A DNA stretch of 59,038 bases from a virus (lineage: Duplodnaviria; Heunggongvirae; Uroviricota; Caudoviricetes). The stretch lies in the IMG/VR virus record IMGVR_UViG_3300021256_000061, one strand, 5' to 3'. Position 1 is the first letter of the stretch; each line of letters begins with the position of its first letter. Shown here piece by piece: positions 55,657 through 59,038 of the stretch. Below the pieces are notes generated by a model. It was not told the origin of the DNA and made no database searches. It saw only the letters and a list, made by a program, of their open reading frames with translations. The position numbers and the translations under genes are program-made.

Positions 55657-55677
55657 TATATACTCAAAAGAGTACCT
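55657..55677 (-). promoter_or_regulatory. 21-nt motif copy 6
   Basis: Exact AGGTACTCTTTTGAGTATATA. Confidence 0.75.
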
Positions 55678-55939
55678 GTTATTCTTTGGCCTGAACCAGG
55701 ACGACATCTCGTGATAAGACAAGAAGCGTACCAAGAATAAATATCCTGAAGGAAAAAGAAAAAGGGTGACGGGGTTTGAATTTTATCCCTGCGTAGGAGT
55801 TCAGTCTTTTCCAATGGCACTCGGCTGAAACTTTTTGCCATTATCCACATCCTCGTAGGTGTCCAGTACTATCCTTATCCGTCCTTTGCGCGGCTCTGGG
55901 TGTTCCACCGCTTTCAACTTTCCCTTTAATTGTTTTATC

Positions 55940-56509
55940 TTATGCCGCTACGAGTTTGCCGTCATTCAATGCTTCTTCCTCGTCAATATACCCTCCACAG
56001 GACTCGATTACTTCTCCATTTTCGTCGGTCACCTCATAACGGTACACCTCGCCGTTCTCATAGTGCTCCAATTCCTCTATCTCGGCGGCGAGCACTTTCT
56101 CTACCGTTTCCCTTACCTTGGGGCTGATACGGCCACCCTTGCAGGAATATTCCTTTCTGACGGCTGCCTTGCTCACAGCGATGACGCCAGCGAGCCCACT
56201 ATCATAGGGACAGGTGAAAGGATTGCTGTCTCCGCAGCGCAGGGCTATTCCGCTATGGTCGTATATCCATATTTTCAGATAAATGAATTTCTTGGCAATG
56301 GTAGCCCAAGGCACTACATCCGTAAGAGGCTCTGCGCCTGCTGCCTCGATTAGGTCTTCTAGGTATTTCCTGTCAGGATTGAATCTTCGGCTGTTCGAAT
56401 AGATTACGCCGAGATTGTCGCAATCCACACGAGGATTGAAGTCTCCATTGTCGTAGAATGTCTTGACAGTTTTGTTACCAACCTGAATTGTTGAAATTGC
56501 ATTTTCCAT
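55940..56509 (-). CDS. conserved phage/ICE hypothetical protein (YDHSG type)
   Basis: NPRVDCDNLG...IYDHSGI...YENGEVY..SCGGY. Confidence 0.8.
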   Translation of the reverse strand: MENAISTIQVGNKTVKTFYDNGDFNPRVDCDNLGVIYSNSRRFNPDRKYLEDLIEAAGAEPLTDVVPWATIAKKFIYLKIWIYDHSGIALRCGDSNPFTCPYDSGLAGVIAVSKAAVRKEYSCKGGRISPKVRETVEKVLAAEIEELEHYENGEVYRYEVTDENGEVIESCGGYIDEEEALNDGKLVAA

Positions 56510-56542
56510 ATCTGTGCGTTTTTTGGTTTACATCCTTATACT

Positions 56543-56559
56543 AGCAAAAGGCGTGCCAA
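56543..56559 (-). promoter_or_regulatory. sigma54-type promoter
   Basis: TTGGCACGCCTTTTGCT. Confidence 0.8.
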
Positions 56560-56562
56560 GGG

Positions 56563-56703
56563 TTAATTGTTGCGTACGATTTTGTAAGAATTTTCAGGAT
56601 AACCCTCTGATTCAGCAAAGGCTTTGGCTGCTTCTTCCGTCGGGAAATATCGGCATTCAACGGTAACGCCATCTTCCCAGTAATATTTCAGTTCCCAGTT
56701 CAT
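56563..56703 (-). CDS. small hypothetical protein (46 aa)
   Basis: Start reassigned to MNWELKYYW. Confidence 0.6.
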   Translation of the reverse strand: MNWELKYYWEDGVTVECRYFPTEEAAKAFAESEGYPENSYKIVRNN

Positions 56704-56710
56704 AAGTCGA

Positions 56711-56962
56711 TTAGATTTCTTTGATAACCCACTCGTACTTGTTGTCATCGGAAACTTCCACTGATGCGGAACGCAGACCGAGGGATTTTCTAATGTTGAG
56801 GTCATCGTAACCCTCCGATGCAAGGCTATCCCTTTCTGACTCGAATTCCTGCATCATAGCCTTTTGTGCTGCTTCTTCGGTCTTGTAACCGTCGCAGGAC
56901 ACGATTTCGTTATTTTCGTTGGTGCAGATTAGTACGAACGCACCTATTTTTTCTTTTGCCAT
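56711..56962 (-). CDS. hypothetical protein
   Basis: YKTEEAAQKAM motif. Confidence 0.7.
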   Translation of the reverse strand: MAKEKIGAFVLICTNENNEIVSCDGYKTEEAAQKAMMQEFESERDSLASEGYDDLNIRKSLGLRSASVEVSDDNKYEWVIKEI

Positions 56963-56979
56963 AACTCGATTATTTTATT

Positions 56980-57183
56980 CTATTCGTATTCTTCGACGAT
57001 GTCATCTACATTTTCACGAACAAGATAACTGCTCGCGTTTGCGGTGATTTTTTGGGCTGCCTCGTCTGCTACAATAGCAAAGAGTTCATCGTCCCTCATA
57101 GGGGAATTATCCACTTTGTCTTTCGGCACATCAACCTCAACCCTTGTAGCAACACTGAAATAAACTATAAATGCTCTTTTCAT
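56980..57183 (-). CDS. small hypothetical protein
   Basis: Start reassigned to MKRAFIVY. Confidence 0.7.
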   Translation of the reverse strand: MKRAFIVYFSVATRVEVDVPKDKVDNSPMRDDELFAIVADEAAQKITANASSYLVRENVDDIVEEYE

Positions 57184-57217
57184 ATTTGTTGTGTTTATTG
57201 GTTTACATTTTATGTAG

Positions 57218-57234
57218 AGCAAAGACCATGCCAA
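57218..57234 (-). promoter_or_regulatory. sigma54-type promoter
   Basis: TTGGCATGGTCTTTGCT. Confidence 0.75.
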
Positions 57235-57237
57235 ATC

Positions 57238-57519
57238 TTACTGCTGATAGTAAAATTCCAACACTTCCAGCACGATAAAGTCACTTCCATTGTCTGGCTT
57301 CATAAGTTCCAGAAGCCCCTCCAGACCAGAAGCGTAAAACAGTATGCTGTCATCATCAGGTGCATCCTGACCGTCCAGAGCCACAACATCTTCCTGCCAG
57401 CCCTTGTCAGTATTGTCACCATCTTCCCACGCCATCTTTACGACGGCACGGTTCGGCTCCTGACCATTGTTATCGTCAGACCATTTCTGGTACAGACTCT
57501 TTACTTCTGACTCTTTCAT
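57238..57519 (-). CDS. acidic hypothetical protein
   Basis: Start reassigned to MKESEVK; DDDSILFY...NGSDF. Confidence 0.7.
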   Translation of the reverse strand: MKESEVKSLYQKWSDDNNGQEPNRAVVKMAWEDGDNTDKGWQEDVVALDGQDAPDDDSILFYASGLEGLLELMKPDNGSDFIVLEVLEFYYQQ

Positions 57520-57526
57520 AACTCGA

Positions 57527-57697
57527 TTAGTTTTCTCTGGCGATTTTTTGTATGTAGATTGTGATGTTTGCAGCACTGCTACCGTTGTTATCCTCGTAGT
57601 CATTGAGCATCACTTGCACTTCTCTTTTTGCGTCCGCCTTTGAATGGATGTTGTCACCATCGACGGTAATGATTGATGTAATCTGATACTTTGCCAT
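57527..57697 (-). CDS. small hypothetical protein (56 aa)
   Basis: MAKYQITSII..., 27 nt after sigma54-type motif. Confidence 0.65.
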   Translation of the reverse strand: MAKYQITSIITVDGDNIHSKADAKREVQVMLNDYEDNNGSSAANITIYIQKIAREN

Positions 57698-57723
57698 ATT
57701 GATTGTGTTTATTGGTTTACTTA

Positions 57724-57740
57724 ATCAAAGACCATGCCAG
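57724..57740 (-). promoter_or_regulatory. sigma54-type promoter (-12 variant GA)
   Basis: CTGGCATGGTCTTTGAT. Confidence 0.6.
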
Positions 57741-57741
57741 A

Positions 57742-57939
57742 TTAGTTCTCTGCAAAGAATTCTTCGTAGATTTTTGCTTTCTGGTCGTTGGTGAGAGATT
57801 CCCACCATTCGTCGGTTGCTTCCAGATAGATTTCTGTTTCGCCGTCATAGTTCTCCAGAAGATAGCCAGAGGCTGCCTGTCTGTCCCAGAGTCCACAGTG
57901 TCTCCACCAGTCCTCTACTATGTGATTGTATTTTGCCAT
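57742..57939 (-). CDS. small hypothetical protein
   Basis: Start reassigned to MAKYNHIV. Confidence 0.7.
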   Translation of the reverse strand: MAKYNHIVEDWWRHCGLWDRQAASGYLLENYDGETEIYLEATDEWWESLTNDQKAKIYEEFFAEN

Positions 57940-57965
57940 CGTTAATACTGTTTTATTTAACATAA

Positions 57966-57982
57966 TGCAAAGACTATGCCAG
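57966..57982 (-). promoter_or_regulatory. sigma54-type promoter
   Basis: CTGGCATAGTCTTTGCA. Confidence 0.7.
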
Positions 57983-57983
57983 A

Positions 57984-58024
57984 ACAAAAAAATGTCTGGG
58001 AATTTCACAACTGCCAGACATTTC
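57984..58024 (-). terminator. intrinsic terminator
   Basis: aatgtctgg...ccagacatt plus T-run. Confidence 0.65.
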
Positions 58025-58069
58025 CTCCTAAGAGATGTTTATATGCGAAATGAAGAATGTATATTTTGG

Positions 58070-58441
58070 TTAGATTGTTATACTTTCCAGAAGTTTATCT
58101 GCCAGAAGTTTGCTCTCGGTCTTATCAAATGTACTTAAAATACATTCGCGACCAACAGACACGTGGATTGATGCTAGGCCTGTTTCTTTCCAGATACAAA
58201 CATCGTATCTGTTGTGGTAAGTGAACCGTGTTGCAAGGTCGCTTTCACCAACATAAGACATATCTTTCACCGCATCGGTAAACCAGCCCCAGAGTTTTTT
58301 GCGGTACATTTCTTGTCCTTCGTATTGTTTAATTTGACGAGTAAGTATGGCGATTTCTATATTGCACTTTATTATAATATAAAGTCCTACGCCCAAAACT
58401 ACGCCCAAAATATAGAGCATTACTTTAATGAAAGGGTCCAT
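58070..58441 (-). CDS. protein with N-terminal TM helix
   Basis: VMLYILGVVLGVGLYIII. Confidence 0.7.
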   Translation of the reverse strand: MDPFIKVMLYILGVVLGVGLYIIIKCNIEIAILTRQIKQYEGQEMYRKKLWGWFTDAVKDMSYVGESDLATRFTYHNRYDVCIWKETGLASIHVSVGRECILSTFDKTESKLLADKLLESITI

Positions 58442-58485
58442 AATTCGTTTACTTTTTAGAGAATGTGTTTGTTATGAGTTCCAGA

Positions 58486-59037
58486 TTATACTTTTCTGCG
58501 CATAAAACTGATAATGGTTTCAAGGTCACTATCGTCAGCAATGTGCTGAAGGTAGTTCGCTACATAACTTTCCCAATTGGTGAGAAGGGTTGACAGAGCC
58601 GCATCTGTATCATCGGGAAGGTCGGCAAAGGAATCTGCGTTGTGAATTTCCTCAAAATCCCTTTGATAAAGAGCGGTAATGATATAACCGAATCTTGGCA
58701 GGTGCATCGCCCAAAGTTTGTTGATGGTGTCAACGAGTTCGGAATTGTGTCCATTTGTAGTATCCATCGGGTAATGGTAGCAAAATTCTTTTTCCAACTC
58801 TGCCTTTTTTTCAGCAAGAAGGGCAATGTCCATTTCTTTTCCGCAGTATTGCTTGATGAAGTCCTGCTCGGTAAGGATGCTGATGTACCTAATCGGGCTG
58901 GCCCAATTTGAAAGTTCCCCTGCAACATCATCCATAGAGCCGAAGATAACGGGGGTGTTATCTTTCCTCCACACCACAACATCCTCCCCTTGAAGGATTA
59001 CATAATTGTACTTGGCCTTGTTGAAGTATTCAAGGAT
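58486..59037 (-). CDS. hypothetical protein, 5'-truncated by window edge
   Basis: Frame stays open to the window end. Confidence 0.65.
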   Translation of the reverse strand: MLEYFNKAKYNYVILQGEDVVVWRKDNTPVIFGSMDDVAGELSNWASPIRYISILTEQDFIKQYCGKEMDIALLAEKKAELEKEFCYHYPMDTTNGHNSELVDTINKLWAMHLPRFGYIITALYQRDFEEIHNADSFADLPDDTDAALSTLLTNWESYVANYLQHIADDSDLETIISFMRRKV

Positions 59038-59038
59038 G

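Noticed and set aside
55656-55935. Gene between 55643 and 55940
   Set aside because: Only short frames without a good ATG; possibly a decayed gene, not callable.
230-58982. Many opposite-strand or overlapping ORFs in the track (e.g. 7445-7978, 16558-16947, 49796-50332, 55859-56353)
   Set aside because: They overlap better-supported genes and lack promoters, coupling or recognisable motifs.
1-59038. Stop-codon reassignment (TAG=Gln as in Lak and some crAss-like phages)
   Set aside because: Long ORFs are intact in code 11, and TAG ends paralogs at the same position where other copies use TAA, 1-2 nt before the next ATG.

Overview
Accessory region of what is most likely a large (jumbo-type) phage of a Bacteroidales host such as Prevotella. 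This is inferred from about 125 small, tightly packed, mostly unknown genes, Bacteroides-type TTTG-N19/20-TAnnTTTG promoters and a Bacteroidales fimbrial operon; no virion or replication hallmark gene lies in the window. Genes run on + to about 43.0 kb and on - afterwards. Recognisable cargo: NUDIX hydrolase, a DUF3575/DUF5119/fimbrillin (type V pilus-like) operon, methylglyoxal synthase, an IS200/IS605-family TnpB element, a pentapeptide-repeat protein, two GNAT domains, a GIY-YIG nuclease, a DUF1599-type protein and an XRE HTH. Three features stand out. (1) Seventeen copies of an exactly spaced sigma54 -24/-12 promoter consensus (TGGCA[C/T]-N5-TTG[C]), 16 of them 27-36 nt before an ATG, plus a second 21-nt motif in six copies. 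(2) Four expanded paralog families whose conserved gene heads, tails and linkers also flank or cap unrelated genes, suggesting cassette shuffling that uses protein-coding termini as recombination sites. (3) A promoter-to-terminator non-coding unit ending in an atypical 143-nt tRNA-like RNA. All domain calls are from motif recognition by eye, not database searches.
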